Below are positions 1-11,599 of a stretch of 40,865 nt of DNA, piece by piece. The position numbers and the translations under genes were made by a program. The notes under the pieces are model-generated. The model did not search any database and had not been told where the DNA came from. It saw only the letters and a list, made by a program, of their open reading frames with translations. Location of the stretch: positions 37,392,811-37,433,675 of the forward strand of contig NC_068998.1 of assembly GCF_001194135.2 (NCBI RefSeq). The letters are read 5' to 3'. This DNA comes from Octopus bimaculoides. Its lineage: Eukaryota. How positions within the stretch are numbered: position 1 is the first letter of the stretch; each line of letters opens with the position of its first letter.

Positions 1-325
<325 letters not shown>

Positions 326-611
326 CCTTTAGAATCTTGCTTGGTATATGCTTCCCAAAATAATATCAATAATTGTTTCCAAACTTGAGCGTAAGCTGTG
401 AAGGTTGTACACAGAATTATATACACAGATACAGGCACACACATAAATGCATGCACATATGTATATATATAAATATATATTAATGCATGTGTATATGCAT
501 GTATGTAAGCAAGTACATAAGAACGTGTTTACATGTAAGTGCGTATACAAATGACTGTTTGTAGCTCTGTTAGTGCGTGTGTATACACACACACACATGC
601 ATATTTATGTC

Positions 612-612
<1 letters not shown>

Positions 613-694
<82 letters not shown>

Positions 695-715
695 GTAGAC
701 AAACAGACAGACAGC
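613..715. repeat. (GATA)n grading into (GACA)n
   Basis: Direct: about 20 GATA units followed by GACA units. Confidence 0.97.
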
Positions 716-1193
716 TAAACAGACATTCCTGTGTTTTACTTTGCAAAGAGGAAAGTTATCGTATTTGCGGCGTAAAAGACGCGACAATTTTTTATTATTA
801 TTTTCAAATGTAGCAAAATATTGTCCTCTGTCGAACGCACCTTATGACGTGTGGGAGACAGCGTATTGTAGGCTAGGGCTCCAGATATGTATGATTCCGC
901 AAGGCACAATAATTGTTACTTCTAATAAAATATTGAAAATAAGTCAAACTATCATAGTTTGCTGACACAAATTTAAGTAAACTTGCTTACAGTACGTTAG
1001 CAGTTATGTAGGGAAGCTGCATTTTCTCCTTATACCTACTTGCCTTTGTAAAGTAAAACACATGCGTGTCTGTCTAGCTGTCTGTTTGTCTAGCCATCTA
1101 TCTGTATATCTATCAATTTGCAATTTAATCTATCTGTCTATTTGTCTGTCTAGTTGGCTCCTGACTATCTATCTGTCTATCAATCTAGACATA

Positions 1194-1194
<1 letters not shown>

Positions 1195-1264
<70 letters not shown>
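1195..1264. repeat. (TG)n microsatellite
   Basis: Direct. Confidence 0.97.
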
Positions 1265-1267
<3 letters not shown>

Positions 1268-3459
1268 TACACACGCACACAGAGCTACAAACACAGTCAT
1301 TTGCAAACAAACCAGCAGTAGTATGTCACCCTGGTGGACGATCGCTGCAAAAAGCAGCATAACCAAGATACGAGTTTTACAGCTTTCATAGCAATTCTCT
1401 TGACCAAGATATAAACATCTGTACAGTTGTTACGAAAGAAGAAATAATTGAGACACATACTCATCTAACAGCTTATTTTTGATAAATTTATAGCTTCATA
1501 CGTTATTTAAATATACTGCAAAAACATCGTATTTATATGCACAAAATCATACATTTTCCCCTTCAAAACAGCTTTGAAATATATTGCAACGGGTGTATGA
1601 TGAAACATACTAAATTAGTATTTTCTGCTTTGAAAGATGCTTGTGAAATAGGAGAGTGTTTAATTGCGAAAATGCATTTTCTACGCTGGAACATACGGTA
1701 CTCAATATTATTCCTTATAGTGAAATGACTGAAGACCAAAAATGTAACTCACGGAAATAATACTTTAGATAATTCAGGACATGCATACGTACATAGATAC
1801 ATACACACACACACACATACATACATGCATACATCTATGTATGCATACATACATACATACATATATATAGCAAGTCCAATAACTTTAAAATTTAAACGAT
1901 AAAAGATACACGCGCGCACACACACCAACACTCACACGCATCAACACACACACACACATACACGTGTGTGGGTGGGTGTGAATGTCGTGCTCATAATTAT
2001 ATATGCAATCGTAAATATATTTTGGGTAAAACTCTGAATATAAAGCTGAAATTTGATATTTCTGGAAACGTTTTAGATAAAAAGGAGAAAGCTAATTATC
2101 TACGAGGCTATCTACTAGATATTTACAAATTAACTAATATATTTTGTGATATATGAATGATGAAATAGTGTTCCTAATTTGGTCTTACCGACATTTTTTA
2201 TATTGCAAGCTACAACTATATTTCATATGTTTATGGAATTTATGCCTAAAAAGTTCTCGAATGATGCTTTACATAATATTGAGCTCACGTTTCAGGAAGG
2301 TTTTTATACAAGTAAACGTATCTGTTGGTACCATGAGGAAGGTTTTACCACGATTTTCTTCAAACTTCGTACCACAATAGGTCCTATGATTCTTGATTTT
2401 ACTCGTTTTTCTTTTTGCGTTGCATTCTCATTACACATACCAGTTGCCATGTAATCAGAGTATGACCCTAAAACATTAATTGTAGGAAGATTCTCATGCA
2501 GTTTACAAGCTGTCCAAGAAAAAATTATTACAAATTTCTCGTGGACGAACAACTCGGACTGTCTGCAATTTTGTTTGGATCATAAAACGATTAAGGATGA
2601 ATAGTTTCGAGACAAGTTTACTAAGGAATCATACGTTAAGCTAATTAAATCTAATGCTCCTTTCCGTCAACGCCATGCATCAAGTTCAAATTGCAATTCT
2701 AGGTACACACATGCAATAGTTAAGCAATGCATATCCGTTATAATACAGTGATCCATTTCAGTAAGGGGAAAAACTAGTAGTAGGTTAATTCCTCACGGTA
2801 TTACCATAAGCCCTAAGACAAATCTAATATGCTAACAGTATAATGCATCATGTCATTGTAAAAAAAAGTAAATTGCGTGAGAGAAGGGCTTAGAGTTAAT
2901 TATATTACGTTATTTGGACAGATTTTTCACTTGACGTTATAATTCTCGAGAGAAAAGGCATATTGCTTTATAACAAATATAATTGCAAATGTTCCATCTA
3001 TTTGAGATGTAAAACAGAAGATACCGCATATTTTCACTCTGAAAATAACATAAATTACTGCAAAAATCTCATCGAATGCATACTTAACTGCACTAATGAT
3101 AATTGAAGGTAAAGTAGTATCGTTCATACAGCTTTAATATTTGTGCTCCTGTTCAATGTTTTCAGATCGTATGAAGGTAATAGTTTCGGCAAGGTTTTCT
3201 GCACTTTGTATGTTACTACGATGACAATGTCTTTAATTTTTACATAAGTCTTTAATTTTTACCCAAAAGATCTTCACCCTAAAATTAGTCTACAAACATG
3301 GTAGAAACTGGGACAAAGAATGTCCCACAACGCAGTTTCTCCACCAAAATATTAAATCTTACATTAAAGGATGCAATTTGTGCACGTAGTACACTTAGAT
3401 GCATCGACTAATGAAGACTCTGTGAAATTAATATCCAACGAACCATCCATATTATAAAC

Positions 3460-4317
3460 AACGATCAAAGAATGCCATTGCGATACTATACACCATACAT
3501 ATAGACTACCAGTGGTAATCCCCTCCAGCCAGGCTTTGACCACATTTGCCAGCAAATTCACATAGCCGTTCGAATTGAACCTAAGGCTCTGTTCAAAGAT
3601 GTAGGACGGTATGACTTTACCCTCACGGGGACACACCTGAAGACCATCACAGTTTGGATTTCGTGAATCGTGGGACATCACATGGATTATAGGTAAGCCG
3701 CATGTCTTCTGCGTGTTCATCAACTGGTTCTGGCCGAATTTCTTTACATCTGAGAGGAATCAGATCATCTCCTGCTCAACAGGATGCCTCAGCTTCATTG
3801 ATTTCGTCAAGCGGTTCTCCTTGCTCTTTGCTGTAGAATTTGTCTCTTGCGGCAGCCCTTGTACGAGTGGTAGCAAAGGTCCTCGTTTAGAGCCAACTTC
3901 ATGGTGGCGGTTTCAACAACTCTCTCACGCCAAATACCGGATTCTTCCGTCACCTTTTCTTGCAGTTGATGGATGAATTCCGGCGTGGGGACACAGTCAG
4001 AATGCCTACTGTGTCTCTCTTCCTACTAAACCACGGCTTCATAGCCTCCGTTACCGCTGTCCATGTCACACCTTACAGAGCAATGAACAACAGTCATGAT
4101 GTTGGCATTTTAATACCCGGTTCGAATCATCATTATACAGCGAACTCTTTTCCAAAAATTCTGATGGTTTCCAATCCTCTATGTCAGGTAAATTTTTCTT
4201 GACAAGATCTTTAATCTTTATGTTCTTCAATGCTGTTGAGTTTTCACAAATATATCGAATTGTTTCTGAAAAAAAGGAGACATTAAAACATTCGTCAAAT
4301 TTAACCCGAACATCCTG
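3460..4317 (-). mobile_element. Tc1/mariner maT (DD37D-like) transposon, degenerate, 3'-truncated
   Basis: Minus-strand translation across frameshifts gives PEFIHQLQEKV..LNEDLCYHSYK..FLSDVKKFGQNQLMN and KVIPSYIFEQSLRFNSNGYVNLLANVVKAWLEGITTGSLYVW. These match the maT pattern VMPPHFF..GLRVN..Y...L..VVKPW. A TIR-like end TA|CAGGATGTTCGGGTTAAATTTGAC lies at 4317-4294; I found no second TIR. Confidence 0.8.
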
Positions 4318-4490
4318 TATTTGTTGTGAGACGAAACATTGTACAGTGCAATCCAGAGACTAGGTTATGGCCTACACTGTGATGTGAAGACTTCCCATGT
4401 TAAGGTTTCAGTAAAATACAATCTGGAGTAAAAGAAAGAAACTGTGTATGGGAATATAAATATGTTTGCCCTGCAACTGTTAACATACTA

Positions 4491-4702
4491 TTCCTTCCTA
4501 CTACAGGCACAAGACCTGAAATTTCGTGAGGAGGACAGTCGATTATATCACACTTAGTGCTTGACTAGTACATATTTTATAAACCCCGTAAGGAATATGG
4601 CAAAGTCGTTTTCAGCGGAATTTGAACTCAGAACGTAAAAACAGACGAACTGCTGCTAAGCATTTTGCCTGGCGTGCTAACGATTCTGCCAGCTCACCAC
4701 CT
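4491..4702 (-). mobile_element. SINE family A (tRNA head plus Nin/Deu-like core)
   Basis: Shares sequence with copies at 7711, 25917, 30687, 34441 and 34676; B-box-like GAGTTCAAATTCC on the minus strand. Confidence 0.85.
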
Positions 4703-5099
4703 GAAAAAAAATGGGGTGGGGCACAAAGTTCTGCCTGCTCGCAGCCTTCAAATGTTAATTTAATATTAAATATCAGTGAAAACAAATCAGCTGTACCGCA
4801 TTAATGAGAAATCGGAAGTTATTCTGCCAATTAATGGGGCATTTGGTTATGTATTTAAAAGCTGGGCTCTGCAAAACCAGAAAAAGACACGTCTGATCGA
4901 TAAATTCCACCTACAAGTAGTTTGTGATAATAAATAAAACATTCCAGAAGTTTTACATGTAGTAAGTGTATATATACAGGTATAGACATGTCAACATGTA
5001 TATAGACACATACATAAGTCAAAAGAGACAGATCTTCAAATACAATGATATTCAAGTTTGCATATAAACATCGGTCGAAACGCATGTATGTACAAAGGT

Positions 5100-5405
5100 G
5101 GAGGCACGTTGCTTAGTGGTTAGGGTGTTCGACTGTCGATCGTAAGGTTGTATGTTCGAAAACCGGTGATGCGTTGTGTCTGTGAGTACGTCACTTTATT
5201 TCACGTTGCTCCAGTTCACACAGTTGGAAAAATAAACAGTGCCAGTAATTGAAGGGGCCAGCCTTGTCACATTCTGTGTCATGCTGAATCTCCCTAAGGA
5301 CTATCCCTGTAGAGTGTTCAACCTCTGGCACGTTAGTTTCACGTGGATGCTGTTCCATTGTTCGAATCAACTAGAACCCTCGTCGTCATAACCGACGGAG
5401 TGCCA
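5100..5405 (+). mobile_element. SINE: family-F-type tRNA head joined to family-B-type 3' body
   Basis: Head GGAGGCACGTTGCTTAGTGGTTAGGG..GTTCGAA; body GGGGCCAGCCTTGTCACATTCTGTGTCATGCTGAATCTCCC..CGACGGAGTGCC is shared with the copies at 10167 and 16301. Confidence 0.8.
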
Positions 5406-5780
5406 GTTTAGATGCCTTATACATACCTGCATACGCACATAGATACATGCTTACACACACTCATATACATACATACATACATGCATACATACATACATAC
5501 ATACATACATACATACATACATACATACATACAGACATACCAATCTGGACAAATTAAGCTTCTCAAAACCAGAAAGAAGAAAGCTGATTCGAAGACTACA
5601 GATCCAATCCATCACTGGAACCGTGAAAATCTGCAAAACTTTCCAGATATTTATCATTTAAGTATATATGAACATGTCTACGATGTGCAACTATATGCAT
5701 GAGAAGACACACATAAAACAAAACATACAAATCTGCACGTATACATACATACATACATACATATATACATGCATGCATGT

Positions 5781-5878
5781 ATTATTGATGTTGGAATTCC
5801 AATCAAGGAGACTTTGATCTAGGTTAGAAACCGACTCTTTCTGTATTGGCAAGAGACCCTGAAACAAAACTGAAAAAT
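5781..5878. repeat. Short dispersed repeat (family E), unclassified
   Basis: TTGATGTTG..ATTCCAAT.AAG...CTT.GAT.TAG.TTAGAAAC recurs at about 15072-15140. Confidence 0.55.
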
Positions 5879-6163
5879 GACATACATACGGTAGTCAATC
5901 TCAAATGCTGAACTAGGGAAAACCAAAAGGGACGGAGATAATTACACCTACAAGCCTTTAATAGAACTGTATAAATTTGTGAGACATTTTACAAGTTAAG
6001 CCTATAGCATGTATTCATACAAACGTATATCCATACAACTATATGTATTCATACCTACAGACATCTGTCAAAGCACATTCAAACACGCAAAAACACAAGT
6101 ACAAGCAAGCATACATGTGATGGCAGTAACAAACGTGTGGATATAAGTATGTATGCATGCATA

Positions 6164-6328
6164 TAGGAGTGGCTGTGAGGTGAGTAGCTTGCTTACCAAC
6201 CACATGGTTCTGGGTTCACTCCCACTGCGTCGCACCTTGGGCAAATGTCTTCTACTATAGCCTCGGGCCGACCAAAGCCGTGTGAGTGAATTTGGTAGAC
6301 TGAAACTGAAAGAAGTCCGTCGTATATA

Positions 6329-6359
<31 letters not shown>

Positions 6360-6391
6360 GGGGGTGTATGTGTGTGTGTTTGTGTGTGTGG

Positions 6392-6433
<42 letters not shown>

Positions 6434-6634
6434 TTGTGTGTCTGTATTTGTCCCCCCAACATCGCTTGACAACCGATGGTGGTGTGTTTACATCTCCGTA
6501 ACTTAGCGGTTCGGCAAAAGAGACCGATAGAATAAGTACTAGGCTTACAAAGAATACGTCCTGGGGTCGATATGATCGGCTAAAGGCGGTGCTCCAGCAT
6601 GGCTACAGTCAAATGACTGAAACAAGTAAAAGAG
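6164..6634 (+). mobile_element. SINE family C (tRNA head plus CORE-like domain, internal (TA)n(TG)n), full length
   Basis: A/B-box-like TGGCTGTGAGG and GGTTCACTCCC; CORE-like CACCTTGGGCAAATGTCTTC; 3' end GGTGCTCCAGCATGGCTACAGTCAAATGACTGAAACAAGTAAAAGA is shared with other copies. Confidence 0.9.
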
Positions 6635-6819
6635 TATATATATCTATATATGTATATATATACGTATGCAGGTATGCATGTATGTACGTACATACTAGCA
6701 TGTTTGTGTACATAAAAACATTTTGTATATTGTAGATTTTAGTCTCGAAGACAGCAGATGAGGAATTATAAAATTTCTTGCTGGACAATCACGCGCAGAT
6801 GATTATAATGATCACATTT

Positions 6820-7031
6820 TCGTGTTGTACCTTAGCTTAATCCGTCCATCAACTCGACATACATCTCTTTTACAGACGTACAGTTTGCCAGACGTCAGAT
6901 GTCGAAGTGATCGCAAAGCAATGTGAGATGAAGTGCTTTGCTCAAGAACACAATGCACCCTATGATCTGGGAATCGAAACCACGGTCACCAGATCATTAT
7001 TGCAACAACTTAAGTAACAGGCCACGTGCCC
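6820..7031 (-). mobile_element. SINE family F (tRNA head, CORE-like TTGTGTTCTTGAGCAAAGCACTTCATCTCAC)
   Basis: Minus strand starts AGGGCACGTGGCC, like the head of the 5100 copy; B-box-like GTTTCGATTCCC. Confidence 0.7.
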
Positions 7032-7191
7032 TGGACCATACGTGTAAATAGGGAAGACTATTGATTTGCTGCTAATGAGATGTAAGCTGGGACTTGATCG
7101 ACCTCGGTTGGATAAACTGGGTGAGTGGGTCTGATGTCGAAAGACTCGAAATTGCCTGAGATCCCAGACACATCACTGAAGATGCATCCCA

Positions 7192-7570
7192 GAGCGTGGT
7201 TGTGTGGTGAGAAGCCTGCTTCCGAACCACATGATGATTTGAAGTTTAGTTCCACTGAGTGGCACCTTTGACAAGTGTCTACAACTATAGCCTCGAGCTG
7301 ACTAAAACCTTGCGAGTGAATTTGATAGACGGAAACTGAAAGAAGTCCTTCGTATATGTGTGTGTGTTTGTGTCTGTGTTTGTCCCCCCACCACCGCTTG
7401 ACAACCAGCTTTTTGTGGTTACGTCCCCCGCAACTTAGCACTTCAGCAATAGAACCCGATAGAATAAGTATCGGGCTTAACAAAAGAATAAGTACTGCGG
7501 TCGATTCATTCGACAAAAATATCTTCAAGGCGGTGCCACAGCATAGCCGAAGTCTAGTGACTGAAACAAT
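7192..7570 (+). mobile_element. SINE family C, near full length
   Basis: Colinear with 6164-6634 but with a very short internal microsatellite. Confidence 0.88.
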
Positions 7571-7710
7571 ATGCATATATATATATATACACGTATGTCT
7601 GTGTGGGCGCGCTGCTGTGTGTTAATATTGAAGTTAAGTGAAAAAAGACGACATTGATAGAAATCTAATTACTTCCACTAGAGCGATTAGCGTTGGATAT
7701 CTGCCTGTAA

Positions 7711-7912
7711 TTATTGATTTCAAATTTTGGCTCAAGGCCAACAAGTTCAGGAGAGGGGTTTAGTCGATAACATCAATCCCTGTGCTTAACAGGTACTTAT
7801 TTTATTGACTCCGAAAGGATGAAATGCAAAGTAGACTTCAGCGGAGTTTGAACTCAGAAAGTAAAGACGGACGAAATTCCACTAAGCATTTTGCCCGGCT
7901 TCTTAACGATTT
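7711..7912 (-). mobile_element. SINE family A, 5'-truncated
   Basis: Contains GAAAGGATGAAATGCAAAGTAGACTTCAGCGGAGTTTGAACTCAGAA, as in other family A copies. Confidence 0.85.
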
Positions 7913-7974
7913 TAGAGTGTATAATTTTAGAGTGTAATAAGTACGAATACAAACATCTCGACATAAAAACCTAT

Positions 7975-8003
7975 GTATGCATGTATGTACGTATAGAAGT
8001 GCA

Positions 8004-8075
<72 letters not shown>

Positions 8076-8194
8076 TACACACATATATTACTAATCCGTA
8101 AGGACTACAAAGACTGAGATTTCGTTCATAACACTCGCGCACACGCACACACACATACACGTACATACATACATACAAACATGCATACATACAT

Positions 8195-8242
<48 letters not shown>
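7975..8242. repeat. Compound (TA)n/(CA)n/(TACA)n simple repeats
   Basis: Direct. Confidence 0.9.
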
Positions 8243-8243
<1 letters not shown>

Positions 8244-8254
8244 ATGATATCGTT

Positions 8255-8590
8255 TCCTGTTATTGATAGAGCTATTTAATCAATAAAAGGATACTGGATA
8301 AAAGAGTAAAGCACCACGGCAATTTAGCTGTAATGTGGTCAGTCTGCCAGAAAGCCTTTGATAGTATACCACGTGGGTGGATTAACAAATCAAATACAAT
8401 TACCCAATGTTTGAGATCCACTGACAGTTGCTATTCAACTCAGAAACCATTCTTAGTACAGCACTGTTGCCAAGTTGATAACAAAAATCAATCAATCATA
8501 CATGACCGAAAAGGCACTCTGCAGGGTGCTCTCTTGCCATTAGTGTTCGTTATCCTCTCATTAAACCTGTTATGCCACCTGTTCAGAAAT
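8255..8590 (+). mobile_element. Degenerate R4/Dong-type LINE reverse-transcriptase fragment
   Basis: Translates KHHGNLAVMWSVCQKAFDSIPRGWI...RKGTLQGALLPLVFVILSLNLL, matching the RT motifs W.DY.KAFDS.PH.W and GI.QGD.LSPL.F; cut off by a SINE C copy. Confidence 0.75.
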
Positions 8591-8598
8591 TACATGCC

Positions 8599-8985
8599 CA
8601 GGCGTGGCTTTGCGGTAAGAAGCTTACTTCCCAAACACATGGTTCCGGGTTGAGTTCCATTGCGAAGCGCCTTGGGTAAGTGTCTTCTACTGTAGCCTGT
8701 GGTCGACCAGAGCCTTGGGAGTGGATTTGGTAGACGGAAACTGAAAGAAGCCATTCATATATATGCGTGCGTGAATGTGCGCGCGTGTGTGTGTCTTTGT
8801 GTACGTGTTTGTCATCCACCAGCTCTTGACAACCGGTGTTGACAAGCGGCTCGGCAAGAAGAGACGGATAGAATAACTACCAGGTTTAAAAGCAAAAAGT
8901 ACTGGGTCGATCCATTCGATTAAAATTCCTCAAGAGGGTGCCCCCAACATGGCTGCAGTCTAATCACTGAAACAAGTAAAAGATA
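8599..8985 (+). mobile_element. SINE family C, full length
   Basis: Colinear with 6164-6634. Confidence 0.88.
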
Positions 8986-9247
8986 AAAAAAAATAAAATA
9001 TATAGAAATGAACACATCATTCACTTTATCTTTGTAGAGAATCTAAATCGGTAATAAGATAAGAACTAATTACGTCAAAAACTAATTGGATCTAATCTGA
9101 TAATATTCCACAGGTCGTGGAATAAAAAGTTAATTCCGCCCATCTTACCATTTGGAAATACGGGCGGAATTCTCCCACTAAATGCTAGAGTTATCCTTGC
9201 AGACATTCCATTCGGCTGCGAACTACATTATTCACAGCAATTTACCT

Positions 9248-9477
9248 TGTTGATATTAACTAAATTCAAGTGAAAGAGCAGAACCTTTTTCTTGGTTTGT
9301 CTCTCTTGGTTATGTTATGTCTCAAGCTACTGCTACCTAGCACCTTCGGATGATCTCTACTCAACCGCTACACAACTGCTACTCGACTGCTACTCAACAC
9401 CCCCACCACGGCCAGACTATCTCTATTTATATGTCTTGGGAGATCCTACTTCTTCGCCTGGGGGCGTCGACACAACA
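9248..9477 (-). mobile_element. Possible solo LTR
   Basis: 230 bp bounded by TGTTG...CAACA, GC-richer than its flanks, TATA-like ATATAAATA on the minus strand; no clear target-site duplication. Confidence 0.45.
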
Positions 9478-9938
9478 GGTTAGAAATTTGAAAATTTAAC
9501 AAGTGCATTCATATATACATATATAAATATGCATAGAAAAATACATACAATGGTACATACATACATACATTGATCCATCCACCCATACACACATACATTC
9601 ACCTATCTATCTGTCCAGATCTCTCTCCATAGATAGACAGCCATGCATCCATCCATCAATCCATACATACATACTTACATGCATACTTACATATATCTAC
9701 ATACTTACTTACATACATATATACATATATACATGCACACATCCATGCATACATATATGCGTGAGTGCGTACATGTATGCATAGATATAAGCATACATAT
9801 AACCGCTCAACGCGAGCAATTACATAACTGGCGTGGAAAACAATTCATTGAATCGGTGACAAGTATTATCTCCAACATTAATATCACAGCTGTCATCCTC
9901 GCTAAAATAATTGATTATTCTTGCTATTATCGGCATAG

Positions 9939-10076
9939 GAGAAACCTTTTATTGAAGCTCGTAGTGATAACCAACTCAAACTTGAATTCACCCTTCGAAG
10001 ATTTGCCACAGACATCGTGGTTGAACATGTCAAGAACAAACAAGACCAGAGAAGAAACGCGGAAAAGCAAAACTGA
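9939..10076 (+). CDS. Candidate terminal coding exon of an unidentified host gene (EKPFIEARSDNQLKLEFTLRRFATDIVVEHVKNKQDQRRNAEKQN*)
   Basis: AG acceptor at 9937-9938 after TTATTCTTGCTATTATCGGCAT; 45 open codons of protein-like composition; TGA at 10074-10076; AATAAA at 10111-10116; not part of any repeat seen here. No homologue recognised. Confidence 0.35.
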   Translation, partial: EKPFIEARSDNQLKLEFTLRRFATDIVVEHVKNKQDQRRNAEKQN

Positions 10077-10166
10077 GGAAACTAATTAGAATTTTATTTG
10101 CTGTTGTTAGAATAAAAGCAGAAAGTATGAACTTCCTTTCTATTAAAATGTGTATTTGATAAAAGT

Positions 10167-10543
10167 GGAGGCGCAATGGCCCAGTGGTTAGGGCAGCGGA
10201 CTTGCGAGCATAGGATCGTGGTTTCGATTCCCAGACCAGGCGTTGTGAGTGTTTATTGAGCGAAAACACCTGAAGCTCCACGAGGCTCCGGCAGGGGGTG
10301 TTGGCGAACCCTGCTGTACTCTTTTACCACAACTTTCTCTCACTCTTACTTCCTGTTTCTGTTGTGCCTGAAATTCAAAGGGCCAACGTTGTCACACTCT
10401 GTGTCACGCTGAATATCCACGAGAACTACGTTATGGGTACACGTGTCTGTGGAGTGCTCAGCACGTTAATTTCACGAGCTGGCTGCTCCGTTGATCGGAT
10501 CAATTGGAACCCTCGTAGTCGTAAGCGACGGAGTGCCAACAAC
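10167..10543 (+). mobile_element. SINE family B, full length
   Basis: A box TGGCCCAGTGG, B box GTTTCGATTCC; highly similar to 16301-16677. Confidence 0.92.
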
Positions 10544-10558
10544 ATTTAATAAAGGTAA

Positions 10559-10680
10559 GTGCAGGCGTAGCTGTATGACAAGAAGCTTGCTTCTTAACTC
10601 ATGACTCCTAACCTCCGGGTTCAGTCCCACCACATGGCACCTTGGGCAAGTGTTTTCTATGATAGCATCGAGCCGACTTC
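10559..10680 (+). mobile_element. SINE family C, 5' fragment
   Basis: GGGTTCAGTCCCAC..GGCACCTTGGGCAAGTG. Confidence 0.75.
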
Positions 10681-11599
10681 ATACCAAATTGTCTAGCCTT
10701 CTAAAGTGGAGCTGTTTTTAATTGTTATTTGATAATTATGACACATCTCGAAGAGCTGATTTTAGTAAGTCAAAAAGTTATGTTGTACAGTATTTGATAT
10801 ACCTATATCTGTCTACGTTGTTCAAATACATACCACTGACCACGCTGACTTATTTATTTTAGCTCCCTATCTGTAGTAAGACTGACTGTTCCCCAAAGTG
10901 TCACAGATTATAAAAGTAGCGACAATAAGAAGTCTACTTCAAACTGGAAGAACAAACAATATAAACAATTTAAATTTTCCATATTAAAATATTTCAGGAA
11001 GAGTTTATTTTGGCTTTGAAAGTTCCGTTACAACACATATCTCTAAAATGATGTTAAAGGTGATTAGCAAAATCGAGATTGACTATTAACAACAGAGTAA
11101 TGTCCCTTCGATTTAGTACATTAACAGTTGTATATGTGCTCTCAAACAACTGCAAAACACTACCATAGAAATATTAATTAAATAAATTAAAAGGCGGTAG
11201 TATCATAGATATGAAAAATGGAAAAAGGAATTGTTAATCCATAGAAGACCCTCAGTTATGGAGCAATACTTATCTCAAGAAAACAATCAAATAAGTACCA
11301 TCTTTATCAACAAAAGTGGGGTGGAGTCAGAAACAATGTTTGGGGAAAGGAAAGAGAAAACACCCGAGTAAAAATCTGTTGTATATATATTCCTATATTC
11401 GTATAAATTGATGACTATCAAATGGGAGTTAAAACTTCCAGTAAGAAATATCGGTATTAAGAGAGAACGGAAAGAAAATTAATTTATAAGAAATTCAGTT
11501 GAAACGAATAAAATGTTTACTGAGATATGAGGAAACAGTCAGTAAATGTCACTTTAGTTCTTTCTCGGGGAAAATACGGATCCATTCTGAGGAAAAAAT

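Noticed and set aside
2179-2583. 91-aa + ORF and partly open - frames in unique-looking DNA
   Set aside because: No recognisable motif in any frame and no convincing splice-site pair; it may be an old TE but cannot be called.
2922-3108. Cys-rich open frame after an AG, ending near a GT donor
   Set aside because: An in-frame TGA lies just before the donor and no domain is recognisable.
3166-3176. Possible 11-nt micro-exon (TTTTCAG|ATCGTATGAAG|GTAATA); similar candidates near 4862, 10863 and 15277
   Set aside because: Such AG..GT pairs are expected by chance in 40 kb; unsupported without RNA data.
10167-10240. tRNA-like sequences at SINE heads
   Set aside because: A/B boxes are present but there is no complete cloverleaf, and each continues into a SINE body; they are not tRNA genes.
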